DNA of 64,000 nt from Acidimicrobiales bacterium. GTDB lineage: Bacteria; Actinomycetota; Acidimicrobiia; Acidimicrobiales; DATDAH01. The translations under genes and the position numbers were made by a program. The DNA is taken from NCBI GenBank assembly GCA_041908445.1, contig JAYRFK010000008.1, positions 90,583 to 154,582 on the forward strand, in the 5' to 3' direction. Under the pieces are notes generated by a model. It was given only the letters and a program-made list of their open reading frames with translations, did no database searches and was not told the origin of the DNA. Below are positions 25,995 to 35,198 of the stretch, one piece after another (the first letter of the stretch is position 1; each line of letters begins with the position of its first letter).

Positions 25995-27011
25995 CTAGTA
26001 CCAGCCGCGCCGCTTCAGCACCACGGCGACGGCGGCGATGCTGACGACCTGCAGGCCCACGCCGAGGACCCAGAACGCGCCCGTGCCACTGACCTGGCGG
26101 ACCATCCAGGCGAAGTTCATGCCGAAGAACCCGGTGACGAACATCAACGGCAGGAAGTAGGTCGACACCGCGGTCAGCTGCTTCATGACGTCGTTCTGCT
26201 TGTTGTTCACGGTGGTGAGGTAGACGTCCATGACCGACGACGCGTGCTCCCGCTCGCTGTCGACCTGGTCGGCGACGTGGACGAGGTGGTCGTAGAGGTC
26301 CCGGAAGTAGCGGCGGGCCTCGTCGGTCATGCCCGGCAGCTCCTCGATGGCCAGGCTGGTGCCGCCGCCGAGGGTGTCCCGGCTCGGGATCACCGCCCGG
26401 CGGAGGTGGCTGAGCTGGCGCTTCATCGCGGAGAGCTCGCCCATCTGGTCGGGGACCGGATCGGCGAGCACCGCGTCCTCGAGCTCGGTGAGGCGCTCGT
26501 CGATCTCCTCCAGCACGGGCGGGAAGGTCGCGGCGAGGGCGTCCAGCACCCGGTAGAGCAGCACCAGGCCGGGCGCGTCGAACTCGTGGTCGACGTGCCG
26601 GTCGAGCCAGCCGTCGATGGCGGGGCACTGCTGGCGGTGGACCGTGACCACGACCCCGGGCCGGTAGTAGCAGTGGACCTCGATGCGGTCGTGGACGCGG
26701 TCGAGGGCGGCGGCGAAGGCCACGATGAAGGCGTGGTCCTCGTAGTCGACGAGCTTGGCCCGTTGGTTGAAGTGGTGGGTGTCCTCGACCGCCAGGCGGT
26801 GGAACCCGAAGACGTCGCCCATGCGGTCGATCTCGTCGTCCGACGGCGCCTGCAGGTCGAGCCAGAAGGTGCGGCCGGCGCCCAGGTGGTCGCGGACGGT
26901 GTCCCACGTCGGCTCGCGGTCGACCGATCCCGACTCGACGAGGGTGGCGCGCTCGGCGTCCATCGGGTCGAGCGTGCCACGGCGGCCCCCTCCACCGGGG
27001 GAGGGTGACAC
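25995..27011 (-). CDS. corA: CorA-family magnesium/cobalt transporter
   Basis: The C-terminus has two TM helices with the signature YFLPLMFVTGFFGMNFAWM (GMN motif). The start may be ATG 26963. Confidence 0.85.
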   Translation of the reverse strand: MSPSPGGGGRRGTLDPMDAERATLVESGSVDREPTWDTVRDHLGAGRTFWLDLQAPSDDEIDRMGDVFGFHRLAVEDTHHFNQRAKLVDYEDHAFIVAFAAALDRVHDRIEVHCYYRPGVVVTVHRQQCPAIDGWLDRHVDHEFDAPGLVLLYRVLDALAATFPPVLEEIDERLTELEDAVLADPVPDQMGELSAMKRQLSHLRRAVIPSRDTLGGGTSLAIEELPGMTDEARRYFRDLYDHLVHVADQVDSEREHASSVMDVYLTTVNNKQNDVMKQLTAVSTYFLPLMFVTGFFGMNFAWMVRQVSGTGAFWVLGVGLQVVSIAAVAVVLKRRGWY

Positions 27012-27013
27012 AA

Positions 27014-27040
27014 GATAGTTAGCTTGGTAAACTAACTTTC
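27014..27040. promoter_or_regulatory. AT-rich inverted repeat GATAGTTAG-N9-CTAACTTTC abutting the marR start (putative MarR operator)
   Basis: The arms match as reverse complements at 8 of 9 positions. This is the only AT-rich stretch in the corA/marR divergent spacer. Confidence 0.5.
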
Positions 27041-27505
27041 GTGATGACCGCCGCCCTCGACGCCGTCCCCGCTCCCGACACCACCGAGCTCGCCGGACAG
27101 CTGCGCGTCGTCGTCGCCCGCCTCGCCCGCATCCTGCGGCAGCAGGACGAGAGCGGCCTGGCCCCCACGCTGCTGGCCGCCCTCACCACGATCGGGCGGC
27201 TCGGTCCCCTCACCTTCGGGGAGATCGCCGCCCACGAGCAGGTCGCCGCCCCGACCGTCACCAAGGCGGTCCAGAAGCTCGAGGCTAGGGGCCTCGTGGC
27301 CCGCCGCCCCGACCCCGACGACGGCCGGGTCTGCCGGGTCGCCATCACCGCCGCCGGTCGCCGCCAGCTCGAGCAGAACCGGCGCCGGCGTACCGCCTGG
27401 CTGGCGACCCGCCTCGGCGAGCTCGAGCCGGACGACATCGCCCGGCTCGCGGCCGCCGTCGACGTCCTCGAGGGCCTCACCAACGCGGAGGCACCGCCTG
27501 CATGA
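27041..27505 (+). CDS. MarR-family transcriptional regulator
   Basis: The winged-helix region reads LTFGEIAAHEQVAAPTVTKAVQKLEARGLVARRPDPDDGRV. ATGA overlap with the downstream MFS gene. Confidence 0.9.
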   Translation: MMTAALDAVPAPDTTELAGQLRVVVARLARILRQQDESGLAPTLLAALTTIGRLGPLTFGEIAAHEQVAAPTVTKAVQKLEARGLVARRPDPDDGRVCRVAITAAGRRQLEQNRRRRTAWLATRLGELEPDDIARLAAAVDVLEGLTNAEAPPA

Positions 27506-28800
27506 CCCGACTCAAGCTCGCCACGGGCGAGACCTTCCGATCCCTGCGGATCCGCAACTTCCGGCTCTTCTTCATCGGCCAGGGCGTGTCCCAGGTGGGC
27601 AACTGGCTGACCCTCATCGCCCAGAGCCTGCTCGTCCTGGAGCTCACCGACTCCGGCGTGGCCCTCGGGCTGCTCACCGCCGCCCAGTTCGGACCCGTGC
27701 TGCTGCTCGGTGCCTGGGCCGGCCTCGTCGCCGACCGGTCCGACAAGCGCCGCCTGCTCATGATCGTGCAATCCTTCGCCATGGTGCAGTCGTTCCTGCT
27801 CGCGGGGCTGGCCTTCATGGACCACCCGCCGCTGCCGGCGATCTACGCGGTCGCCGCCCTCGGGGGCGTCGCCATGGCCTTCGACAACCCGGCCCGACGG
27901 GCCTTCGTCGTCGAGATGGTCCCGCACGACCAGGTGCCCAACGCCGTGTCGCTGAACTCGGCGGTCATGACGAGCTCCCGCATCATCGGCCCGGCCCTCG
28001 GGGGCCTGCTCATCGCCACGGTCGGCTACGGCTGGGCGTTCGCGGTCGACGGGCTGTCGTACATCGCGGTGCTCGTGGCCCTCGGCCTGATGCGGGTCGC
28101 CGACCTCCGCCCGAGCGAGGTGGCCGAGCGGGGCAAGGGCCAGGTCCGGGAGGGCCTGCGCTACGCCCGCAGCGTCCCGGCGCTGTTCATCCCCCTCGTG
28201 ATGATGGGGGTCGTCGGCGCGCTGTCGTTCAACTTCCAGGTGGTCATGCCGCTGTTCGTGACCCGCACCTTCGACGGGTCGGCGGCGACCTTCACCCTCC
28301 TGCTGTCGTTCATCTCGATCGGGTCGCTCGTCGGAGCCCTGGTCAGCGCCCGGCGCACGGAGGTCGACGTCACCCACGTGGTCGTCGCCTCTGCCGCCTT
28401 CGGGGCGGCCATGGTGCTCATGGCCGCGGCACCGAGCCTGCCGCTGGCCTTCCCGATCGGGTTCTTCGTCGGGGTCTCGAGCATCTCGTTCATGACCACC
28501 TCGACCGCCATCGTGCAGATGCGGGCCGTGCCGTCGATGCGCGGCCGGGTGCTCGCCCTCCAGGCCATCCTCTTCCTCGGCAGCACGCCCATCGGCGGTC
28601 CGATCCTCGGGGTCGTGTGCGACGTCTGGGGCGCCCGGGCCGGCCTGCTCCTCGGCGGCCTCGCCGGCCTCGGGGCGGCGGCGTGGGGGCGCTGGGCCTT
28701 CCGTCGGCACCAGGTGCGCGACCCCGACCCGGAGGCGACGGGGGAGCGCGCCGGCGCCGTACTCGTCGGCGAGCCGCTGCCGGCGGTCCGCACCGCCTGA
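27502..28800 (+). CDS. MFS transporter (MFS_3 type), co-transcribed with marR
   Basis: FRIRNFRLFFIGQGVSQVGNW, GLVADRSDKRRL and 12 hydrophobic helices. Confidence 0.85.
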   Translation: MTRLKLATGETFRSLRIRNFRLFFIGQGVSQVGNWLTLIAQSLLVLELTDSGVALGLLTAAQFGPVLLLGAWAGLVADRSDKRRLLMIVQSFAMVQSFLLAGLAFMDHPPLPAIYAVAALGGVAMAFDNPARRAFVVEMVPHDQVPNAVSLNSAVMTSSRIIGPALGGLLIATVGYGWAFAVDGLSYIAVLVALGLMRVADLRPSEVAERGKGQVREGLRYARSVPALFIPLVMMGVVGALSFNFQVVMPLFVTRTFDGSAATFTLLLSFISIGSLVGALVSARRTEVDVTHVVVASAAFGAAMVLMAAAPSLPLAFPIGFFVGVSSISFMTTSTAIVQMRAVPSMRGRVLALQAILFLGSTPIGGPILGVVCDVWGARAGLLLGGLAGLGAAAWGRWAFRRHQVRDPDPEATGERAGAVLVGEPLPAVRTA

Positions 28801-28850
28801 GGCGCCGCTCGCCTACGCTCCGGCCCCACAGATCCCAGGGGGAGGGAAGC

Positions 28851-29288
28851 GTGGCCACAGCGTTGTCACACGTCGGTGTGTGCGTGAGCGATCTCGAGGC
28901 GTCGACGCGGTTCTACTGCGACGCCCTCGGCTTCGAGCAGGCCGAGTCCTACGAGGTCGGCGACGAGTTCGCCACCCTCATGGAGCTGGGCGGGTCGGCC
29001 ACCGTCGCCTCCCAGTTCCTGCGCCGCGAGGGCCTCGCCATCGAGCTGCTCCACTTCGCCGAGCCCACCGCCGACGGGGACCGCACCCGTCGGCCCATGA
29101 ACCGCTTCGGCCTCACCCACCTCTGCTTCGACGTGGACGACGTGGAGGCCGTGGCCGCCGCGGTCGCCGCCGCCGGGGGCACCGTCCACGAGCACACCCG
29201 CACCACGCTCGCCGACGGCGTCCTCGACTTCGTCTACTGCAGCGACCCCGACGGCACCCGGCTCGAGCTGATGAAGGTGCCGGCATGA
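28851..29288 (+). CDS. VOC/glyoxalase-family protein
   Basis: An RBS-like GGGGGAGGG lies upstream of GTG 28851. Supporting sequence: LSHVGVCVSDLEASTRFYCDALGF, GLTHLCFDVDD and DPDGTRLELM. Confidence 0.8.
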   Translation: MATALSHVGVCVSDLEASTRFYCDALGFEQAESYEVGDEFATLMELGGSATVASQFLRREGLAIELLHFAEPTADGDRTRRPMNRFGLTHLCFDVDDVEAVAAAVAAAGGTVHEHTRTTLADGVLDFVYCSDPDGTRLELMKVPA

Positions 29289-30475
29289 GCGCCCCGGAGG
29301 TGGACCTGGGCCCGCTCGACGCGGACGCACTGGTCGCCGAGGTGGTCGAGGCGACCGGCCTCGAGGACTTCGGCGAGGACACCTGGCGCGAGGGGTTGGA
29401 TCGGCTGCTCGACTCGCTGCGCTCGGAGGCCCGCCTCCACGAGCTCGGCGTGTTCGTGGCCGCCGACGACGCCCGCATGAACCTCACCAACCGGCTCGAG
29501 GTCACCGACTGGCACAAGCGCCACCCCGACATGGCCGAGGGCGACGTCACGCCGCCGATCGTGGTCGTGGGTCAGGGCCGCACCGGCACGACGATCCTGC
29601 TCGACCTGCTCGCGCAGGACCCGGCCCACCGGGTGCCGCTCACGTGGGAGGTCGACCAGCCCTGCCCGCCGCCGGAGACGGCCACCTACGACACCGACCC
29701 CCGCATCGCGGTCTCCCAGGCCAAGGGTGACGCCAGCGAGCTGCTCATCCCGGGGTTCCAGGCGATCCACCCCATGGGCGCGCTGCTCGCCCAGGAGTGC
29801 GTGCGCATCACGTGCGGCGACTTCCGGAGCCTGCTGTTCCCGACGCTGTTCCGGGTGCCGTCCTACGCCACGTGGCTGCTCGACGAGGCCGACATGGCCC
29901 CGGCCTACCGGTGGCACCGCCAGGTCCTCCAGCTCCTCCAGTGGCACCACCCGGGTGACCGCTGGGTGCTCAAGTCACCCGGCCACATCTGGTGCCTCGG
30001 CGCGCTCCTCGACGAGTACCCCGACGCGCTGCTGATCCAGACCCACCGCGACCCGCTCCGCATCATCGCCTCGCTGGGGTCGCTGCTGGCGACGCTGCGC
30101 CAGATGACGAGCGACCACCACGAGATCGCGGAGGCGGCGGCCGAGTGGGCGGACTACATCGTCGACGGCCTCGACCGGTCCGTGACCGCCCGAGAGGACG
30201 GCACGGTCGACCCCGACCGCATCGTCGACATCCAGTTCCGCGACTTCATGGCCGACCCCTTCGGCACCATCGGCGGCATCTACGACCGCTTCGGGCTCGA
30301 GTACTCCGCCGAGGCCGAGGGGCGCATGCGGGCCTTCCTCGCCGCCCACCCGGGCGACGGCTACGGCACCCACCGCTACTCGTTCGCGGACACCGGCCTC
30401 GACGAGGGCGAGCTCCGGGAGCGCACGCGGCGCTACCAGGAGCACTTCGGGGTGGAGGACGAACGACTCTCGTAG
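29285..30475 (+). CDS. Sulfotransferase-family protein
   Basis: ATGA overlap with the VOC gene. The PAPS 5'-phosphate-binding loop is VVVGQGRTGTTILLDLL. WVLKSPGH, THRDPLR and the C-terminal region fit the Sulfotransfer_3 type. Confidence 0.75.
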   Translation: MSAPEVDLGPLDADALVAEVVEATGLEDFGEDTWREGLDRLLDSLRSEARLHELGVFVAADDARMNLTNRLEVTDWHKRHPDMAEGDVTPPIVVVGQGRTGTTILLDLLAQDPAHRVPLTWEVDQPCPPPETATYDTDPRIAVSQAKGDASELLIPGFQAIHPMGALLAQECVRITCGDFRSLLFPTLFRVPSYATWLLDEADMAPAYRWHRQVLQLLQWHHPGDRWVLKSPGHIWCLGALLDEYPDALLIQTHRDPLRIIASLGSLLATLRQMTSDHHEIAEAAAEWADYIVDGLDRSVTAREDGTVDPDRIVDIQFRDFMADPFGTIGGIYDRFGLEYSAEAEGRMRAFLAAHPGDGYGTHRYSFADTGLDEGELRERTRRYQEHFGVEDERLS

Positions 30476-30525
30476 GCGGTCGGCCCCGGTCGTACGCTGG
30501 GGGACACGACCGAGAGGAGCTGGTC

Positions 30526-31089
30526 ATGGGCAAGCGCATCGTGGCCGTACTCGCCGCCACCCTGGTGCTCCTGCTGGCCGCCCCCGGCGCCCAGGCCTCG
30601 CCGGGCGCCGCGAGGCCGGAACCGGAGGCGTACTGCGGCATCACCTGGGGCAGCCAGCTCAGACGGTCGGGGCCGCCCAACAGCCCGGGCTCGCCGCTGA
30701 CCGACGTACGGACCGGTCGCCACGACTGCTATGACCGGATGGTCCTCCACCTCGACGGGCCCACCGCCGGCTACCGCGTCCGCTACGTCGACGAGGTGTT
30801 CACGGTGGCGAGCGGTGAGGTCATCTCGCTGCGAGCGGCGGGTGCCGCCCTCGAGATCGTGCTGAAGGCACCCGCGGACGACGGTGCGGGCCACCCGACC
30901 TACGACGGTGTCTCGCCGCGACGGCTCCCGCGGGTGGACCTGACCGGCTACCGCACGTTCCGGGTCGCCAAGTACGGCGGCAGCTTCGAAGGGCGCACCA
31001 TCATCGCCCTCGGGGTCCGCGCCCGGCTGCCCTTCCGCGTGTTCGAGCTCGACGAGAGGATCGTGATCGACGTCGCCCACCAGTGGTGA
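30526..31089 (+). CDS. Secreted hypothetical protein
   Basis: RBS GAGAGGAG. The signal peptide is MGKRIVAVLAATLVLLLAAPGAQA. The mature part has two Cys residues, and the C-terminus reads LDERIVIDV. Confidence 0.65.
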   Translation: MGKRIVAVLAATLVLLLAAPGAQASPGAARPEPEAYCGITWGSQLRRSGPPNSPGSPLTDVRTGRHDCYDRMVLHLDGPTAGYRVRYVDEVFTVASGEVISLRAAGAALEIVLKAPADDGAGHPTYDGVSPRRLPRVDLTGYRTFRVAKYGGSFEGRTIIALGVRARLPFRVFELDERIVIDVAHQW

Positions 31090-31104
31090 GCCCGCCGGCT
31101 GCGG

Positions 31105-31494
31105 TCAGCCGACGCCGAGCAGGTCGACGATGAACACGAGGGTCTCGCCGCCCTTGATCACCCCGCCGGCGCCCTGGCTGCCGTAACCCTTGTGCGGCGG
31201 GATGGTGATGCGCCGGCGGCCGCCGACGCGCATGCCGGCGACGCCTTCGTCCCAGCCGGTGATGACCTGGCCGGCGCCGAGGGAGAACGAGAAGACCTCG
31301 TCGCGGTCCCAGGAGGCGTCGAACTGCTGGCGGGTGCTCCACGCCACGCCCACGTAGTGGACGTTGACGAGCTGGCCGGGCTGGGCCTCGGGGCCGTCGC
31401 CCACGACGAGGTCCTCCAGCACCAGGTCGGCCGGCGGGGCCTCACCCGGGGGGACGTAGACGTGGGGCTTCTGGTCGAGATCGTGCTCGGGCAT
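31105..31494 (-). CDS. FKBP-type peptidyl-prolyl cis-trans isomerase
   Basis: VHYVGVAWSTRQQFDASWDRDEVFSFSLGAGQVITGWDEGVAGMRVGGRRRITIPPHKGYG is the canonical FKBP domain. Confidence 0.9.
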   Translation of the reverse strand: MPEHDLDQKPHVYVPPGEAPPADLVLEDLVVGDGPEAQPGQLVNVHYVGVAWSTRQQFDASWDRDEVFSFSLGAGQVITGWDEGVAGMRVGGRRRITIPPHKGYGSQGAGGVIKGGETLVFIVDLLGVG

Positions 31495-31637
31495 CCGCCG
31501 AACCTACCGGGTGATGGGAGGGAGGTCACCCGGCAGGTCCGGCGGACCCGGTGGAGACCGGTGGGAAGGGGGGAGGACCCGCCGGTCTGGTTGGTGGTGG
31601 AACGAACGGAAGAGGCGTGCGGTGCGGGGTGGGCGGG

Positions 31638-31895
31638 CTAGTTCGGGTGGACGACCGTGTCGAGCATGGCCAGCTGCAGCGAGGTGGCGGCCCGGGTGGC
31701 GGCGAGGCCGTGGAAGCCGCCGCTCTCGTGGTCGAGCCGGCGGAGCGCGGCCTCGAGCACCTTGCGGTCGCCGTGGGCGGCGCGGGCCACCTCGTCGACG
31801 CGGGCGTCGGAGGTGATGGTGGGATCGAGGGCGGTCGAGAGGGCCCGGGCCAACACCCGCTCGGTGCGGATCGGGTGGGGGTGGTTCGCAGGCAT
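31638..31895 (-). CDS. Small hypothetical protein (85 aa)
   Basis: ATG 31895 with very high GC3 in this frame. The upstream part of the 681-aa ORF in the track is antisense to a real gene and is rejected. Confidence 0.5.
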   Translation of the reverse strand: MPANHPHPIRTERVLARALSTALDPTITSDARVDEVARAAHGDRKVLEAALRRLDHESGGFHGLAATRAATSLQLAMLDTVVHPN

Positions 31896-31928
31896 GGGGG
31901 CAGCCTCGCCCCGGGAGCGTAAAGCTGG

Positions 31929-32279
31929 GTGAAAACGAGGTGCTTTGCTGGTGACGTGCCGGAGAACATCTTCCACGTCACCCGCGCCTCGGACTGGGAG
32001 GTCGCCCTCGCCGCGGGGGAGTACCGCCGCTCGACGGTCGACCGCACCCTCGAGGAGGAGGGCTTCATCCACCTCTCGTCGGCGGCGCAGGTCCCCCGGA
32101 CGCTGGAGAAGTTCTACCGGGGCATGGAGGACCTCGTCCGCCTGACCGTCGACCCCGACCGCCTGGGCGGAGTCGAGCTGCGCTGGGAGGGCGATCCCGA
32201 GGCCTTCCCCCATGTCTACGGGCCGCTGCCCGTCGATGCCGTGGTGGCGGTCGACCCGATCGAGGCGCCCCCCGCCTGA
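31929..32279 (+). CDS. DUF952-family protein
   Basis: IFHVTRASDWEVA...GFIHLSSAAQV...FPHVYGPLPVDAV is the DUF952 pattern. The start may be GTG 31956. Confidence 0.7.
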   Translation: MKTRCFAGDVPENIFHVTRASDWEVALAAGEYRRSTVDRTLEEEGFIHLSSAAQVPRTLEKFYRGMEDLVRLTVDPDRLGGVELRWEGDPEAFPHVYGPLPVDAVVAVDPIEAPPA

Positions 32280-32315
32280 CCCTCGGCGGGCGGCTCCTCC
32301 GGTAGCGTCGCCGCG

Positions 32316-33497
32316 GTGGGCGACCTGAGCTGGGTGACCGACCCGCCCCCCGCACCGGCGATCCGCTACCGGATCGTGTCCGTCGACGACCACCTCATCG
32401 AGCCGCCCGACACCTTCGAGGGGCGGCTGCCGGCGGGCCTCGCGGACCGGGCCCCACGCCTCGTCACCGATCCCGACGGACGCCAGGCGTGGGAGTACGA
32501 GGGCCGTCGCTATCCGAACATCGGCCTCAACGCGGTGGTCGGGCGACCCCGGGACGAATGGTCGATGGACGCCGCCAACTTCGACGAGATGCGGCGAGGG
32601 TGTTGGGACGTCCACGCCCGCATCGCCGACATGGACCTCGCCGGCATCGCCGCCTCGGTGTGCTTCCCGTCGCTGATCGCCGGGTTCTCCGGCTCGGTGT
32701 TCTCCCAGTCGAGCGATGGCGAGTTGGGCCTGGCCTGCGTACGGGCCTGGAACGACTGGCACCTCGACGTCTGGGCCGGCACCCACCCTGGTCGGATCAT
32801 CCCGACCCAGATCACGTGGCTGCGCGAGCCGGAGGTGGCGGCGGCCGAGGTTCGGGCCAACGCCGTGCGGGGGTTCCGGGCCCTCAGCTTCGCGGAGATG
32901 CCCGCGCGCCTCGGGCTGCCGTCCCTGCACACCGGCCACTGGGACCCGATGCTGAGGGCCTGCGAGGAGACCGACACGGTCGTCTGCCTCCACACCGGCT
33001 CGTCGTCGTGGGTTCCGCTGCCCTGCGACGACCCGCCGTTCGAGCTCCTTCCCACGTTGTTCTCGATGAACGCCTACCTGACCGCCGCCGACTGGCTCTG
33101 GTCGGGAGTCTGCACGCGGTTCCCGCGCCTGCGCCTCGCGCTCTCGGAGGGAGGCCTCGGCTGGGTGAACATGCTGGCCGACCGCGCCGACTACGTGCTC
33201 GACCACTCCGCGTCGGGCACCGAGAGCCGCGGGTGGCGCGACGCCCGCCGGCCGAGCGAGGTGCTGGCCGAGCAGTTCTGGTTCTGCTCGATCGACGATC
33301 CGAGCTCGCTCGGGGCCGTGCTCGACCGCTTCGGCCCCGATCACGTGATGCTCGAGGTCGACTACCCCCACGCCGACTCGACCTGGCCCGACACCCAGGC
33401 GCTCGTCCACGAGCGGTTGGGTCACCTCCCGGATGAGGTGGTGTCGAAGCTCACCCACGCCAACGCCGAGGAGCTGTTCCGATGGCCGACACCCTGA
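32316..33497 (+). CDS. Amidohydrolase-2 (ACMSD-like) family metal-dependent hydrolase
   Basis: IVSVDDHLIEPPD is the HxH-like metal motif region. DMDLAGIAASVCFPS and the C-terminal EVDYPHADSTWP also fit. Confidence 0.8.
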   Translation: MGDLSWVTDPPPAPAIRYRIVSVDDHLIEPPDTFEGRLPAGLADRAPRLVTDPDGRQAWEYEGRRYPNIGLNAVVGRPRDEWSMDAANFDEMRRGCWDVHARIADMDLAGIAASVCFPSLIAGFSGSVFSQSSDGELGLACVRAWNDWHLDVWAGTHPGRIIPTQITWLREPEVAAAEVRANAVRGFRALSFAEMPARLGLPSLHTGHWDPMLRACEETDTVVCLHTGSSSWVPLPCDDPPFELLPTLFSMNAYLTAADWLWSGVCTRFPRLRLALSEGGLGWVNMLADRADYVLDHSASGTESRGWRDARRPSEVLAEQFWFCSIDDPSSLGAVLDRFGPDHVMLEVDYPHADSTWPDTQALVHERLGHLPDEVVSKLTHANAEELFRWPTP

Positions 33498-35197
33498 TCC
33501 GCGGCGGCCTCGTGGTCGACGGCACCGGCGAGCCACCCGAGGTGCGCGACGTCGCCATCCGCGACCGTCGCCTCGTTCCGGCCGACGAGGTCGGGACGGC
33601 ACCCGACGTCGTCGATGCCTCCGGCCTGGTGGTGGCGCCGGGCTTCGTCGATCTCCACACCCACTACGACGCCCAGCTCTCATGGGACCCTGCGGCGAGC
33701 CCGTCCCCGTTGCACGGCGTCACCACGGTGCTCGGCGGGAACTGCGGCTTCACCCTTGCGCCGGCCGGGCCAGCCCACGCGCCCTACCTGATGCGCATGA
33801 TGGCCCGCGTCGAGGGCATGCCCCTCGACGCCCTCGAGGCGGGCCTCTCGTGGGACTGGACCAGCTTCGGCGAGTGGGTGTCGCGACTCGACGGCCGCAT
33901 CGGCGTGAACGCCGGCTTCCTCGTGGGGCACTCCGCGGTGCGTCGGGCCGTGCTCGGTGACGGGTGCCACGAACCGGCGACCCCAGCGCAGGTCGAAGCG
34001 ATGGCGGCCGTGGTCTCGGAGGCGTGCGCCGACGGCGCGCTCGGCTTCTCGACCTCGACCGCGCCCACCCACAACGATGCCGACGGCGAGCCCGTGCCGT
34101 CTCGGGCCGCGACCGACGACGAGTTGGTGGCCCTCGCCGCTGCCGTCCGGGACCACCCCGGGACCACGCTCGAGGCCATCCTCGCCGGGTGCCTCAACGG
34201 CTTCACCGACGACGAGCGTGACCTGCTGGCGCGCCTGTCCGCCGCCGCGGGCCGCCCGCTCAACTGGAACGTGCTCGGCGTGTCCGCCCTGAACCCCGCG
34301 GGGCACGAGTCGCAGTTGGCCGTCGCCGACCACGCCGCCGACCGTGGCGGCCGGGTCGTCGCCCTGACCCTGCCCCACTCGATGCGCCTGCGGCTGTCGT
34401 TCGACTCGGGCTTCGTCCTCGACGGCCTTCCCGGATGGCGTGAGGTGCTGTCGCTCCCCCGGGCCGAGCGGCTCGTGGCGTTGCGAGATCCCGACGTGCG
34501 GCGGCGGTTGGCGGCGGGTGCCTCGTCGGAGGAGGCCGGTGTGCTCCGTGGTCTCGCCGACTGGGCCCGGTACGAGATCGTCGAGGGCTTCACCGCCGGC
34601 ACGCGGGCGCTCGAGGGGCGCACCATCGGCGACGTCGCCCGGGAGCAGGGTCTCGACGACCCCTTCGACGCCCTGCTCGACACGGTGATCGCCGACGGGT
34701 TGCGAACGGGGCTCCGGCCCTTCCGGACGGAGGAGAGCGAGGCGGAGTGGCAACTGCGGGCACGGGTCTGGCGCGATCCGCGGGCGGTCGTGGGCGGGTC
34801 CGACGCCGGCGCCCACCTCGACATGATGTGCGGCGCGATCTACTCGACCGCCCTGCTGGCCCACGGCGTGCGCGACTTCGGGGTGGTGACCTTGGCCGAG
34901 GCCGTGCGCCTGCTCACCGACGTCCCCGCCTCCCTGTACGGCCTGCGGGGTCGAGGCCGCATCGCCGACGGCTACGCCGCGGACCTCGTGCTGTTCGACC
35001 CCGACACCGTCGGCTACGGCCCCGAGCGCACCCGCACCGACCTGCCCGGCGGCGCCTGGCGACTCTACGCGGAGGCCACCGGCATCGAGCGGGTGCTGGT
35101 CAACGGCACGCCCGTGGTCGAGGGCGGCGAGTTCACCGGCTCGCTCACCGGCACGCTCCTGCGCTCGGGACGCGACACCGCAACCGTCACGCCCTGA
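33482..35197 (+). CDS. N-acyl-D-amino-acid deacylase (D-aminoacylase) family amidohydrolase
   Basis: LIRGGLVVDGTG...ASGLVVAPGFVDLHTHYD, VTTVLGGNCG and the C-terminal ADLVLFDP are present. Confidence 0.85.
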   Translation: MADTLIRGGLVVDGTGEPPEVRDVAIRDRRLVPADEVGTAPDVVDASGLVVAPGFVDLHTHYDAQLSWDPAASPSPLHGVTTVLGGNCGFTLAPAGPAHAPYLMRMMARVEGMPLDALEAGLSWDWTSFGEWVSRLDGRIGVNAGFLVGHSAVRRAVLGDGCHEPATPAQVEAMAAVVSEACADGALGFSTSTAPTHNDADGEPVPSRAATDDELVALAAAVRDHPGTTLEAILAGCLNGFTDDERDLLARLSAAAGRPLNWNVLGVSALNPAGHESQLAVADHAADRGGRVVALTLPHSMRLRLSFDSGFVLDGLPGWREVLSLPRAERLVALRDPDVRRRLAAGASSEEAGVLRGLADWARYEIVEGFTAGTRALEGRTIGDVAREQGLDDPFDALLDTVIADGLRTGLRPFRTEESEAEWQLRARVWRDPRAVVGGSDAGAHLDMMCGAIYSTALLAHGVRDFGVVTLAEAVRLLTDVPASLYGLRGRGRIADGYAADLVLFDPDTVGYGPERTRTDLPGGAWRLYAEATGIERVLVNGTPVVEGGEFTGSLTGTLLRSGRDTATVTP

Positions 35198-35198
35198 G

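Noticed and set aside
31510-31588. Two consecutive hairpins in the 143-nt G-rich spacer upstream of the FKBP gene: CCGGGTGA-N11-TCACCCGG, and AGACCGGTGGG-N12-CCCGCCGGTCT with one G-U pair.
   Set aside because: No recognisable riboswitch or leader pattern and no U-tracts. They could be terminators of the small upstream ORF or chance structures in GC-rich DNA. There is not enough evidence to call a feature.
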